Shown here: piece by piece, positions 50,001-57,554 of the stretch | Position numbering within the stretch: position 1 is the first letter of the stretch | Layout: the number at the start of each line of letters is the position of its first letter | Sequence record: DRR723986_21860 | Length of the DNA: 64,000 bases | Strand: one strand, 5' to 3' | Notes under the pieces: model-generated | Told to the model about the DNA's origin: nothing | Seen by the model: the letters and a program-made list of their open reading frames with translations, nothing else | Database searches by the model: none | Program-made: the position numbers and the translations under genes

Positions 50001-51636
50001 TCTGAAAAAAGAGAAAGAAAAGAAAAAGAAGCAAGACGAACTAGATAAAAAGAATTGGCCTGAATTCCCAGATTCTACCTTCTTGGCAAAAAAGAAGATG
50101 ACCGAAAAAGAGTATAAAAAAGCGAGAAAAGCTTACTTCAAAAAGAAAGCAAAAGACGAGAAAGCTAAGAAAGAAAAGCGAACCATTACAACTCCTGAGA
50201 AAATCGCGGGACAGTTAATAATGTCATTAAGAAATGTTTCATTCACGTATAGCGAAACGGATGGAATGCTCTTGCCGGGCTTTGCTGGTGAAACCAATGT
50301 ATTGGGAATGGGTAATAATTTAGGAGGATATAGGGCACCTTCCTTGGCCTTCGTTTCGGGGGCTCAGAATAAAAACTTACTCGGTCAGCAGACATCTGTT
50401 TGGGGTGCTGATGGTGATTTTGCAACTTGGGCGAGTAACAGAGATTGGTTAGTGCAGAATCCACAATTGAACATTCAACATACTGTATCGCATACGCAGA
50501 ATATTAATGGTAGGGCGCAGTTTGAACCATTTAAAGATTTAACGGTCAATTTGACCATAGATAGAAAGTATACCGAAAATGATAATAGTTTCTTTAGATA
50601 CAATGATTCTGTTGTTGATCCTCAAACATTGGAAATAGGCCCAGGTTGGGGTTATCAAAACCCTGTGAGAGGTGGTTCATTAAACTTTACTACAATTACC
50701 TGGAAGACAGCATTTACCCGAATTAATGATACTCTTTATACTGATAAGATTTTTGGTGAAATGAGAAATTATAGATCTACCGTATCATCTCAATTAGGTC
50801 AAGAAGCGGGTACCACTTTAGGTTCTGATGGATATTATGACGGATTCGGAGCCAACCAGCAAGATGTTCTTATTGGTTCATTCTTGGCGGCCTATACCGG
50901 CATGGGGTCTAACGAAAAGTTCTTTGATATTTTTAAAGCCATACCGCTTCCGAATTGGGACATTAGATATGATGGATTATCGAAGATGGATTTCATGAAA
51001 AAACTGGTTCGAAACTTTACCTTGAAGCATGCTTATAGATCTACAATATCTCTATCAAACTTCCAAACTAACTTAGGTGCATTTGATGAATTTGGAAATC
51101 AATTGAGAGACGCTTCAAATAACTTCATAGCCGACCGTCAAATTTCATCTGTGACGATTACAGAGCAATTTGCACCATTTTTAGGGGTAGACGCTACTTG
51201 GATAATCGGTAAAAACGGCTTAATAACTTCATTAGAATTTAAGCGTGATCGATCACTCGGGATGAACGTGCCGAATATGCAAATCACGGAGATGAGAGGT
51301 CGAGAATGGGTGATTGGTGCAGGATATAAATTCTCTAAAGTTAAGTTGCCATTTACGTTTATGGGCGAACGTCCTGAAAGTGATTTGAATTTCAGATTTG
51401 ATTTATCGATAAGGAACAATATTACGGTGAGTAGAAATATTATCGAGAACACAAATCAGGCAACCTCTGGTCAAAGAATGTATTCAGTTAAGTTTAGGGT
51501 AGATTATAATATTGGACCTAACTTGAATGTGGCCTACTATTTTGATAGGGTTGTAAATACTCCTGTATTATCCAATGCTTACCCAACCGCCAATACGGCA
51601 ACAGGTATAACGCTTCGATTCAACTTAGCGCAATAA
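44092..51636 (+). CDS. sprA: T9SS outer membrane translocon SprA
   Basis: 2514 aa; IRPQGSAE, KIEYTG.EDEII.KIEAGNVS, WDLMMKNVY, DYTVDY..GRV, EVWVNELR; follows maeB-ruvA; GTG start. Confidence 0.95.
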   Translation: MNKGLLITLTLIWVNCSFGQTDTSKLKYPIKDYYDYTQKTDPRIGLQDPSNLNTTVVYNPETGLYEIYQMIGGVQYRYPTAMTLEEYMAYKREQALKNGFQEKIEQANDQEHGKNLIPGLSVKNEAFDVIFGGDEINIRPQGSAELSFGVNISKYDNPVLPIKQRRVTTFDFQQRINLNLVGQIGDKLKLTIAQNTEATFNFQNNVKIEYTGYEDEIIQKIEAGNVSLPLNTTLIQGSQSLFGIRSDLRWGRFTTNLILAQEKGKRQEINVSGGAQVQEFEVKADNYEANKHYFLNYYHREHYDEAMQTMPLVQSDVQITKIEVWVTNRINKVENTRNVLAFTDLGEESPVNYEGAPTAVMGSTVPDNDANSLYSDLSAAPQVREFSNAVPFLSALGPTQSGPFNQATHYEKVENARQLSEQEFTYNAQLGYISLKSPLNQDEVLGVAYQYTFGGKTYQVGEFSNDVPVEEGSKSALILKLLKPTIVNPANKTWDLMMKNVYSIGAYQVSQTDFIVDLYYNNPRTSVDINYLPYDGVNNKLLMQTMDLDRLNIQNNLQPDGRFDYVPIQYMGNKATNGGTIDPKTGRVFFTTIEPFGKTLKDKLEASGQLSNLEVNGIVYQELYDSTKTAAQQIPNKNRFKLKGEYKSSVSSDISLNSLNVPEGSVTVTAGGVKLTEGTDYTVDYNLGRVKILNQGILESGTPIKVQLESNSLFGFQQKSLVGAHFNYEFNKDFNWGATVMNLTEKPLTQKVNVGDEPISNTVVGTDISYRRDVPFLTKLVDLLPIISTKEKSSINAYGEFAYLIPGTQRAISKEGISYIDGFEGSQSAIDIKNFSAWKLASVPQGQPAMFPEAHTNLSSLSSGYNRAKLAWYVVDPTTFYQNSTVTPEHLQNNNDVLCDSRWHILSQTALFPQQQPVTGTLNNIPVLDLAYYPSERGQYNYDTTETFIDADGKFTNPSDRWAGVMRSLTTTNFETANIQFIQFWMLDPFNDDATEGGTTNMGGGDLYFNLGNISEDILPDSRKSFENGLPASSNFTADDYDTTKWAVVYNQQVIVNAFDNNVSSRRYQDVGLDGLSDAAEAAWFSDFVNWVNSSGLNADAKAQLVSDPSSDNYQYYLDTQHDIDSNNIVRRYKNFNGTEGNSPTAEMSDSITGGAGYTIQATTTPDIEDLNQDNNLSETESYFQYHVSLRPQDMQIGQNFITNAQVVQQDDACGGKTETWYQFKIPIEEFDSKVNGIADFRSIRFIRMFMNEFDHPVVVRFARLELIRGEWRKYLDDLDEPGEIIQDDPNSTEFNIAAVNLEENEGKDPVGYWTPPGILREQDQGSINLRQLNEQALSLEVCGLKDGEARAAYKNVSFDIRSYKKLKMFIHAEQQQKAGWVESDLQDDQLTVFIRLGTDFEDNYYEYEIPLKLTAWGTSPGSDANADLIWPTANNLEVVFDSLTQLKIFRDALGNVPNGTEYVKVLPPDANGTVTRIKVKGNPNLQGMKVIMIGVRNPGKDTNHPWMAAEDGLDKCGEVWVNELRLTDFDQRGGWASTARVNVQLADFATVNLAGNYSTPNWGSIEKKVSERQRDTQKSFDLSTNVELGQFFGRKANIQVPFYYGYSVAAIDPEFDLLAPDIRLNELPPDLKAERAKMSRDLTIRKSYNFTNVRRERPAGKDVHFWDIENWSATYSYNELYRRDINTEYDRTRTWRGGLNYTYSNKPIVVEPFKNVKALRKSKWFRIIKDINFNLGPKSFSFNNDLTRMYNERKNRDLSGDSLAPVFDPTVLKNFAWTRQYDLKYDFTKQLKFTFNANNSSILTEPNGVINRKSNDPEEIEAYRGFINAFQSAFNGRRGSFLDSNNVMQYVDGADSIGVGGYNMNYGHAYNLTYKLPLNKIPITDWISTNVKLRGSYDWQRAPLAQPLYGNTIQNSRNFSVNGQLNFVNLYNKIDYFKRINNDGKKGRGGRGRQTNEPKKETKEEKAERLKKEKEKKKKQDELDKKNWPEFPDSTFLAKKKMTEKEYKKARKAYFKKKAKDEKAKKEKRTITTPEKIAGQLIMSLRNVSFTYSETDGMLLPGFAGETNVLGMGNNLGGYRAPSLAFVSGAQNKNLLGQQTSVWGADGDFATWASNRDWLVQNPQLNIQHTVSHTQNINGRAQFEPFKDLTVNLTIDRKYTENDNSFFRYNDSVVDPQTLEIGPGWGYQNPVRGGSLNFTTITWKTAFTRINDTLYTDKIFGEMRNYRSTVSSQLGQEAGTTLGSDGYYDGFGANQQDVLIGSFLAAYTGMGSNEKFFDIFKAIPLPNWDIRYDGLSKMDFMKKLVRNFTLKHAYRSTISLSNFQTNLGAFDEFGNQLRDASNNFIADRQISSVTITEQFAPFLGVDATWIIGKNGLITSLEFKRDRSLGMNVPNMQITEMRGREWVIGAGYKFSKVKLPFTFMGERPESDLNFRFDLSIRNNITVSRNIIENTNQATSGQRMYSVKFRVDYNIGPNLNVAYYFDRVVNTPVLSNAYPTANTATGITLRFNLAQ

Positions 51637-51668
51637 ACATTATCCATCTTTTTATTTAACTTAATGGC

Positions 51669-52124
51669 ATGAATGATACCATTGATGTGCGTTGGGCTGT
51701 AGCCAAAGATATGCCACGAGTTTTAGAATTAATTACAGAACTCGCCGTTTACGAAAAAGAAGAAGATCAAGTAGAAAATACTGTTGCTCAACTAGTGGAA
51801 GATGGATTTGGTCCAAGCCCGACCTTTGAGTGTATTGTGGCCGAAAAGGAGGGTCAAGTAATCGGGTTCGCGATCTTTTATACTAGTTATTCCACGTGGA
51901 AAGGAAATTGTCTCTATCTGGAAGATTTATTGGTAACTGAGCAATATAGAAGATTTGGAGTAGGTAAGCTCTTATTTGATTTTGTCTTGAATTTGGCAAA
52001 GTCAAGGGGCGCAAAGAGAATGGAATGGCAAGTCTTGGACTGGAATGAACCGGCCATAAATTTCTATAAAAAGTACAATGCTGATTTAGATCCTACTTGG
52101 ATAAATGGTAAACTATTCCTCTAG
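51669..52124 (+). CDS. GNAT N-acetyltransferase (SSAT/diamine acetyltransferase-like)
   Basis: ELAVYEK, YSTWKG..LYLEDL.V...YRRFGVG, WQVLDWNEPAINFY. Confidence 0.9.
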   Translation: MNDTIDVRWAVAKDMPRVLELITELAVYEKEEDQVENTVAQLVEDGFGPSPTFECIVAEKEGQVIGFAIFYTSYSTWKGNCLYLEDLLVTEQYRRFGVGKLLFDFVLNLAKSRGAKRMEWQVLDWNEPAINFYKKYNADLDPTWINGKLFL

Positions 52125-52646
52125 CAACAAATCAAATCTACCTGATTCAAACGTTAATACCTTCCCAAACTCATCAATCGCCGAGAACGAAAATTTGCCT
52201 GCAATGATGTTGTTGATCGTATCGATACAATTGAATTCGATTAAGTTTTGATGAGCTGGATTTAAAGAATATATTTCACTGGACATATCTTTATTCTCTC
52301 CGTAGTAGTAGGTTTGATAAACGGCTTTACAAGTAGAGTTGATAATTTCGAATTTCCCCTCTTTTAATTGAGGATTAAATGTTTCTACACAAAACCAATT
52401 ACGACAATGATTTTTTTCGTCTATTCTTGTTGCTGAAATTCTTATCAGACTATCATCTATTTTGACTTTAGGTAACTGATGTTCTTTATACATTTCAGTG
52501 TCTTTCGGAATCCACGGATCATGATTTACAAAAAAACCAAGCTCATGTTTGCCCTCACAAGTCGGCAATGGCAATGATTGATTTTCGGTGCGCTTATCGC
52601 ACGAAAACATCAAAATTAGTAACACACACAAAAATCCATCTCTCAT
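52113..52646 (-). CDS. Hypothetical lipoprotein
   Basis: Probable start MRDGFL, lipobox MFSC-DK, C-terminal IIAGKFSF...GRFD beta-rich motif; converges on and overlaps the GNAT 3' end by 12 bp. Confidence 0.7.
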   Translation of the reverse strand: MRDGFLCVLLILMFSCDKRTENQSLPLPTCEGKHELGFFVNHDPWIPKDTEMYKEHQLPKVKIDDSLIRISATRIDEKNHCRNWFCVETFNPQLKEGKFEIINSTCKAVYQTYYYGENKDMSSEIYSLNPAHQNLIEFNCIDTINNIIAGKFSFSAIDEFGKVLTFESGRFDLLLEE

Positions 52647-52726
52647 ACCTATACCCACGGTAAATAACGGGTTGAGGTTGGTCTAGTTACGTAAAATTAC
52701 GGTTTGATTGATTGAATGGTATGAAT

Positions 52727-53755
52727 CTATGATTCTCTGCCCAATAAATACATAGCCAAGGCTTTTAAAGGAAGCTTTTTATCTTCAGGGATATTGATGG
52801 CAGCCAAATTCTCCATAGCCGTATTATAAAAGGCATTCATTTGTTGTTCAGCTTTATTGCGAATGTCTAATTCAGCATAGAGTTGTTTGACGCCTTCAAC
52901 TTTTTTAGCATGGTCTGATTCGTTAAAAAGCAACTTTAATCGAGCCAGTTGATCTTCGTTCGCATCCTCCAAAGCGGTCAACATTAAATATGTTTTTTTA
53001 TTGGCGATAATATCTCCTCCAACTTGTTTCCCGAACTTTTCTTGGTCGGCATAAACATCTAAAATGTCATCCTGCAATTGGAACGCAATGCCTAAGTTGC
53101 AACCGAAATTATAAATGGCTTTTGCGTTTTCGTCTGATGCTTTTGCAACTAAAGCTCCTAATTGTAAACTACATCCAAGAAGTACTGCAGTCTTTAGTCT
53201 GATCATTTCAATGTAATCATTGATTTTTACATCTGATCTTACTTCAAAGTCCATGTCCATTTGCTGTCCTTGGCAAACTTCTATAGCTGTACTATTATAC
53301 AATCTTAACAGTTGAGGAAGTATTGCGGCATCATATTTTGCAAGACGCTTATACGATTCAATCATCAACACATCACCACTCAGTAAACCCACATTTTCAT
53401 TCCATTTTGTATGAACGGTTTCCTTGCCTCTTCGCAACGGTGCAGCATCCATCATATCATCATGAATCAAGGTGAAATTATGAAAGATTTCAACACTCAT
53501 GGCAGCGTCAGTTGCCGTTTCATATTCACCACTAAATAGTTCGCAGGCCATCATTGATAGAATCGGTCTCATCCGTTTTCCGCCTAAATCGAGAATGTAT
53601 CTAACAGGGTCGTATAAATTATTGGGATTGGTTGGAAATTGTGCACTTACCAGTTGATTAGAAATATAATTTCTGTAGCCGTCTAATTGTTGTAGCATTG
53701 CTTTAAGATTTTCGTCCTTTTGCATTATAACAGCTCTAAAAGTGTTTTGGTTCAA
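52727..53755 (-). CDS. Short-chain polyprenyl diphosphate synthase (FPP/GGPP synthase)
   Basis: GGKRMRP, HNFTLIHDDMMD (Phe at -5 suggests a short product), RRG, GQQMD, KTA, FQLQDDILD; the true start may be a downstream Met. Confidence 0.92.
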   Translation of the reverse strand: MNQNTFRAVIMQKDENLKAMLQQLDGYRNYISNQLVSAQFPTNPNNLYDPVRYILDLGGKRMRPILSMMACELFSGEYETATDAAMSVEIFHNFTLIHDDMMDAAPLRRGKETVHTKWNENVGLLSGDVLMIESYKRLAKYDAAILPQLLRLYNSTAIEVCQGQQMDMDFEVRSDVKINDYIEMIRLKTAVLLGCSLQLGALVAKASDENAKAIYNFGCNLGIAFQLQDDILDVYADQEKFGKQVGGDIIANKKTYLMLTALEDANEDQLARLKLLFNESDHAKKVEGVKQLYAELDIRNKAEQQMNAFYNTAMENLAAINIPEDKKLPLKALAMYLLGRES

Positions 53756-53760
53756 ATGGG

Positions 53761-56385
53761 CTAGTTGTCCTCGTTAAGATTTTTAGAATCTTCTTCCCGA
53801 TACCGCTCCAAAGTTTGCTCAATTTCTAAATGCTCCAATTCAATATCCTCTTCTTCATTGTATAATTGAAGTAGTGGCTCTGCCAAAGCTTTGTCAGCTA
53901 ATTTTTGCTCCATCCCTAAAAGTATGCTTGGTAAAATCATCAGATTGGCAAACATGGCAATCAATAAGGTTAAAGATACTAAAAGACCTAGTGCCTTTGT
54001 ACCCCCAAACTGCGAGAAGGTGAACATCAAGAAACCAAAGAACAAGACGATTGACGTGTAAATCATACTGATTCCAGTTTCTCTTAGGGCCACCAAAATA
54101 CATCTTCTTAAATCATGTCTGTGTTGCTTCATTTCTTGTCTAAACTTAGCCAAGAAGTGAATGGTGTCATCCACAGATATTCCAAAAGCAATACTAAATA
54201 CTAATAGGGTTGAAGGTTTAATTGGTATGCCAGTGTATCCCATGATTCCTGCAGTGAAAAGCAGTGGAATGAAGTTCGGGATTAAAGAGGCCACAACCAT
54301 TCTCCATGATCTAAATAATAAGGCCATTAAAATTCCAATTAATACAATTGCACATCCTAAAGAGATAAATAAGTTCGTCACCAAATACTGTGTGCCATTT
54401 GATGCCACTACAGCTGTTCCCGTAATTGTCACATCCCATGTATGTAAATATACGGCTTGATCTAAGCTGTCTTCAAAATTATCTTTTTGATTCACCGCCA
54501 TTAAACTTGCTTCATCAATGGTTGAGAACATATTCTCCATTCTCATTTTTAACGCTGGAACTTTTTGATACAATTCAGTTACGGCCGCATCTTTGTCAGA
54601 CCCATTGGCAGATTTAATCTTTTTAACTTGTGAAGTAATGTATTCACTGTCAGGATTAATAAGTTTAAAGATTTCAGGTTTTACTTCGTCCACTATGGCC
54701 TTAATTTCATAGGATCCAGTATCCTTAATTTGCATAGAAATTCGGGTCAATTTTTTAGTGGAATCTAAAACGCCTATTGCCTCTCCATTTGCAGTGTTCT
54801 TGACATAGTCAGCAATTCGCGCCATCTTTTGTACGGACGGAATTTCGAATTTATCTGGGTTGTTGTCAGAGTAGGCCATACTCAACAATTTGACTCCGTC
54901 AGCCGCGGAAAGCGATTTAGAAAAGACATCTTTCTTAGCTAGATATTCCTGAACGTCTTCAATTTCTTCGAAACGCTTGAAAAAAGCGTTCTCTTCTTTA
55001 GTGTCTATTAAAATGTCGAAAGGAATAGAGCCTCCGAAATGTTTTTCAATGAACTTCAAATCGGTTGTTATCGGATCATTTTTTGGTAAATCACCTGTAA
55101 TATTACCAGTAGCTTTCGTTTGTAGAGTCCCGATAATTGCAACAACAATTAACACGCCCGTAACGCCGTAAACCCATTTTCTTTTGTAGAGACTTAGGTA
55201 TTCTAATTTCTCAACAGCTAAATGAAGCCATTGTTTTTCTAGATGCTTTAAGTGTTTAGATTTCGGAATAGCAGAATAACTAAGTATTATCGGTAGTATA
55301 GTAATTGACAATAAGAATACCACTAGAATATTCAGAGATGCAATAATTCCGAATTCTGATAGTCGTTCTGAATTGGTGAAAATAAATGTAGAGAATCCTA
55401 GGGCTGTTGTAAGATTAGTAAGAAAAGTCGCGTTTCCTATTTTTTGAATTACCCGTGAAAGTGCTTTAGCTTTGTTCCCATGTTCAATGATTTCCTGATG
55501 GAATTTATTGATTAAGAAGATACAGTTTGGTATGGAGATCACAATGATTAATGGCGGAATCAAGACCATTAGTATCGATAGTTGAAAGTTGAATGCACCA
55601 ATTGATCCAAGAGACCAAATCACACCAACAAAAACAACCATGTTACAGATCAACACAATTTTTAAGGATCTAAAAAAGATAAACAGAAGAAGTGAAGTCA
55701 TCCCAATTGATAGGGCTATGAATAAACCTAATTCATCCTTTAACTTTGCACCAACTGCCACCCTAATATGAGGCATTCCTGATATACGGACTTTGCCTAA
55801 AACATCCTCATATTCATAGGCGATATCCTCAACATCAAAAAGTATGTTTGCAGTTTTAATGTCTTTCATGATGTCCTCAGAAATGAAGGCCATCATAATT
55901 GAAGCCCCGGTTTCTGAATTAAACAAAAGGCCATCATAAAAAGGATTTCCTCGAATTATCTGTTTTATAGAATCAACTTCTTCTTGGCTCGTTGGTTTGC
56001 TTTGAACAATGCTCTCAAAATTGAATTGCTTGTTTTCAGTATCCTTTGATAGCTGATACATATGAGCTTCGGATAGAACAGAATCAACAGCATCAAACTC
56101 TTTGATACGTTCACCCATTTCATACCAAGCCGTAAAATTTTCTAATGTGTAAAGATCCTCGCATTGAATAGAAAAAATCAGCAATGATTCATTTCCACCA
56201 AATGATTTTTTTAACTGTACGTAATCTTTTTTAGCTTGAGAGTCTTTCGGAAGCATTGTTCCGTAGCGATTGTCAACTTTAATATTGGTTAAACCAAAAT
56301 ACCCGAATAGCCCCGTTATACCAAGTAGCATGGCAATAATGAGAAGCCTATTCCGAAGAATGAATTGGGAGAGTTTAAACCACAT
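53761..56385 (-). CDS. MMPL/RND-family transporter
   Basis: Two repeats of TM plus periplasmic domain plus 5 TM; LTNLTTALGF and SIAFGISVDDTIHFL. Confidence 0.9.
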   Translation of the reverse strand: MWFKLSQFILRNRLLIIAMLLGITGLFGYFGLTNIKVDNRYGTMLPKDSQAKKDYVQLKKSFGGNESLLIFSIQCEDLYTLENFTAWYEMGERIKEFDAVDSVLSEAHMYQLSKDTENKQFNFESIVQSKPTSQEEVDSIKQIIRGNPFYDGLLFNSETGASIMMAFISEDIMKDIKTANILFDVEDIAYEYEDVLGKVRISGMPHIRVAVGAKLKDELGLFIALSIGMTSLLLFIFFRSLKIVLICNMVVFVGVIWSLGSIGAFNFQLSILMVLIPPLIIVISIPNCIFLINKFHQEIIEHGNKAKALSRVIQKIGNATFLTNLTTALGFSTFIFTNSERLSEFGIIASLNILVVFLLSITILPIILSYSAIPKSKHLKHLEKQWLHLAVEKLEYLSLYKRKWVYGVTGVLIVVAIIGTLQTKATGNITGDLPKNDPITTDLKFIEKHFGGSIPFDILIDTKEENAFFKRFEEIEDVQEYLAKKDVFSKSLSAADGVKLLSMAYSDNNPDKFEIPSVQKMARIADYVKNTANGEAIGVLDSTKKLTRISMQIKDTGSYEIKAIVDEVKPEIFKLINPDSEYITSQVKKIKSANGSDKDAAVTELYQKVPALKMRMENMFSTIDEASLMAVNQKDNFEDSLDQAVYLHTWDVTITGTAVVASNGTQYLVTNLFISLGCAIVLIGILMALLFRSWRMVVASLIPNFIPLLFTAGIMGYTGIPIKPSTLLVFSIAFGISVDDTIHFLAKFRQEMKQHRHDLRRCILVALRETGISMIYTSIVLFFGFLMFTFSQFGGTKALGLLVSLTLLIAMFANLMILPSILLGMEQKLADKALAEPLLQLYNEEEDIELEHLEIEQTLERYREEDSKNLNEDN

Positions 56386-56411
56386 TAGTTATTATATCAC
56401 TTTTAGGGCTA

Positions 56412-56419
56412 CAAAAGTA
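56412..56419 (-). promoter_or_regulatory. Bacteroidota -7 promoter element (TACTTTTG) for the MMPL gene
   Basis: TAnnTTTG about 26 nt upstream of ATG 56385. Confidence 0.5.
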
Positions 56420-56484
56420 ACTAAACCAATTCTAAATGCTAGGTCAAATGCGAATAATTGTGCCAAAAAGATATCGTTGATAAC

Positions 56485-57333
56485 TTATTTGTTAAAATTA
56501 ATAAAGTCTTGAGGGTTTAATGGTACCCCAGATTTCCATAATTCAAAATGAAGATGTGGTCCAGTTGTGTGCTTGCCCGAATTCCCAACCAATCCTATTG
56601 GATCGCCAGATTGTACGCGGTCTCCAAGTTTTTTCAGCAGAGACGAACAATGTTTGTAAACCGATATAAATCCATTGTTGTGTTGAACCATAATCAATTC
56701 ACCGTCATCAGGTGTCCAACTTGCATAAATTACTGTTCCTTCAAGGCAAGATTTTATCGGTGCCTCAGATTCGGTCACAATATCAACCCCATAATGTCGG
56801 GTTTGATAATTGAATGATTTTGAAATTGTTCCTTTCACCGGAGCAAAGAAAAAGTCATATTCTAAATTAACTTTAGGTTTGCCTTCATTTTCAACCTTAA
56901 TTCTCAGCAAAGAATCTTCTTCTGATTTTTGAAAATTAGCCTGATAGTTTCTGAAGATAGAATCGTTGGTGCCGCTACCTAGACTGTCATCAAAAGGCTG
57001 GTCCAAAAGTATTCTCTTCAAGTCATCCAGGTACATTTGAGTTGATTCAGCTTGTTTTTTTAAGGAATCTAAATTACTTCTATTTTCATTAACTTGCTCT
57101 GTCTGAATCGGACTACTACCTTCTCCAAAAATCGAACTCAAACCAGTAAATTTAATGAGCATTATGACAGTTATTATCAGTACAATACTGTATAAGACAA
57201 GAAGCATCCAGAGATTCATAGATGATACTCTAAGACTCCATTTTTCATCATAAGTGGTGTCATTCGTGAAGCTTAATTTGTGCTTTTCACGACTTCTGGA
57301 TAGAAAATTTTTTATTCGTTCTGAAAATGACAT
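56485..57333 (-). CDS. M23 family metallopeptidase
   Basis: N-terminal TM, coiled coil, HYGVD, YKH, TGPHLHFE. Confidence 0.93.
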   Translation of the reverse strand: MSFSERIKNFLSRSREKHKLSFTNDTTYDEKWSLRVSSMNLWMLLVLYSIVLIITVIMLIKFTGLSSIFGEGSSPIQTEQVNENRSNLDSLKKQAESTQMYLDDLKRILLDQPFDDSLGSGTNDSIFRNYQANFQKSEEDSLLRIKVENEGKPKVNLEYDFFFAPVKGTISKSFNYQTRHYGVDIVTESEAPIKSCLEGTVIYASWTPDDGELIMVQHNNGFISVYKHCSSLLKKLGDRVQSGDPIGLVGNSGKHTTGPHLHFELWKSGVPLNPQDFINFNK

Positions 57334-57554
57334 GATGAAAATCTGTTTTCAAAGTTAAAACTCCTTATTTAGAAATCACCGTTTAATCGGTTAAAATCAA
57401 CATAAACTCAATAATTAGTGTTTTTGGCTCGTTTCTTGTTGTTTAATAGACAACCAAATAGGAAGTTAATCGTTTGTTATAATAGGGGTTATTCTCAATT
57501 AATTCGACTATCTTTATAAGTTGGCTGACCCCAAAATAAATGAGAACTTAAAAT

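Noticed and set aside
56450-56466. Sigma-54 promoter TTGGCACAATTATTCGC (minus strand) for the MMPL gene
   Set aside because: GG-to-GC spacing is 11 rather than 10, and a good TAnnTTTG element is closer to the gene.
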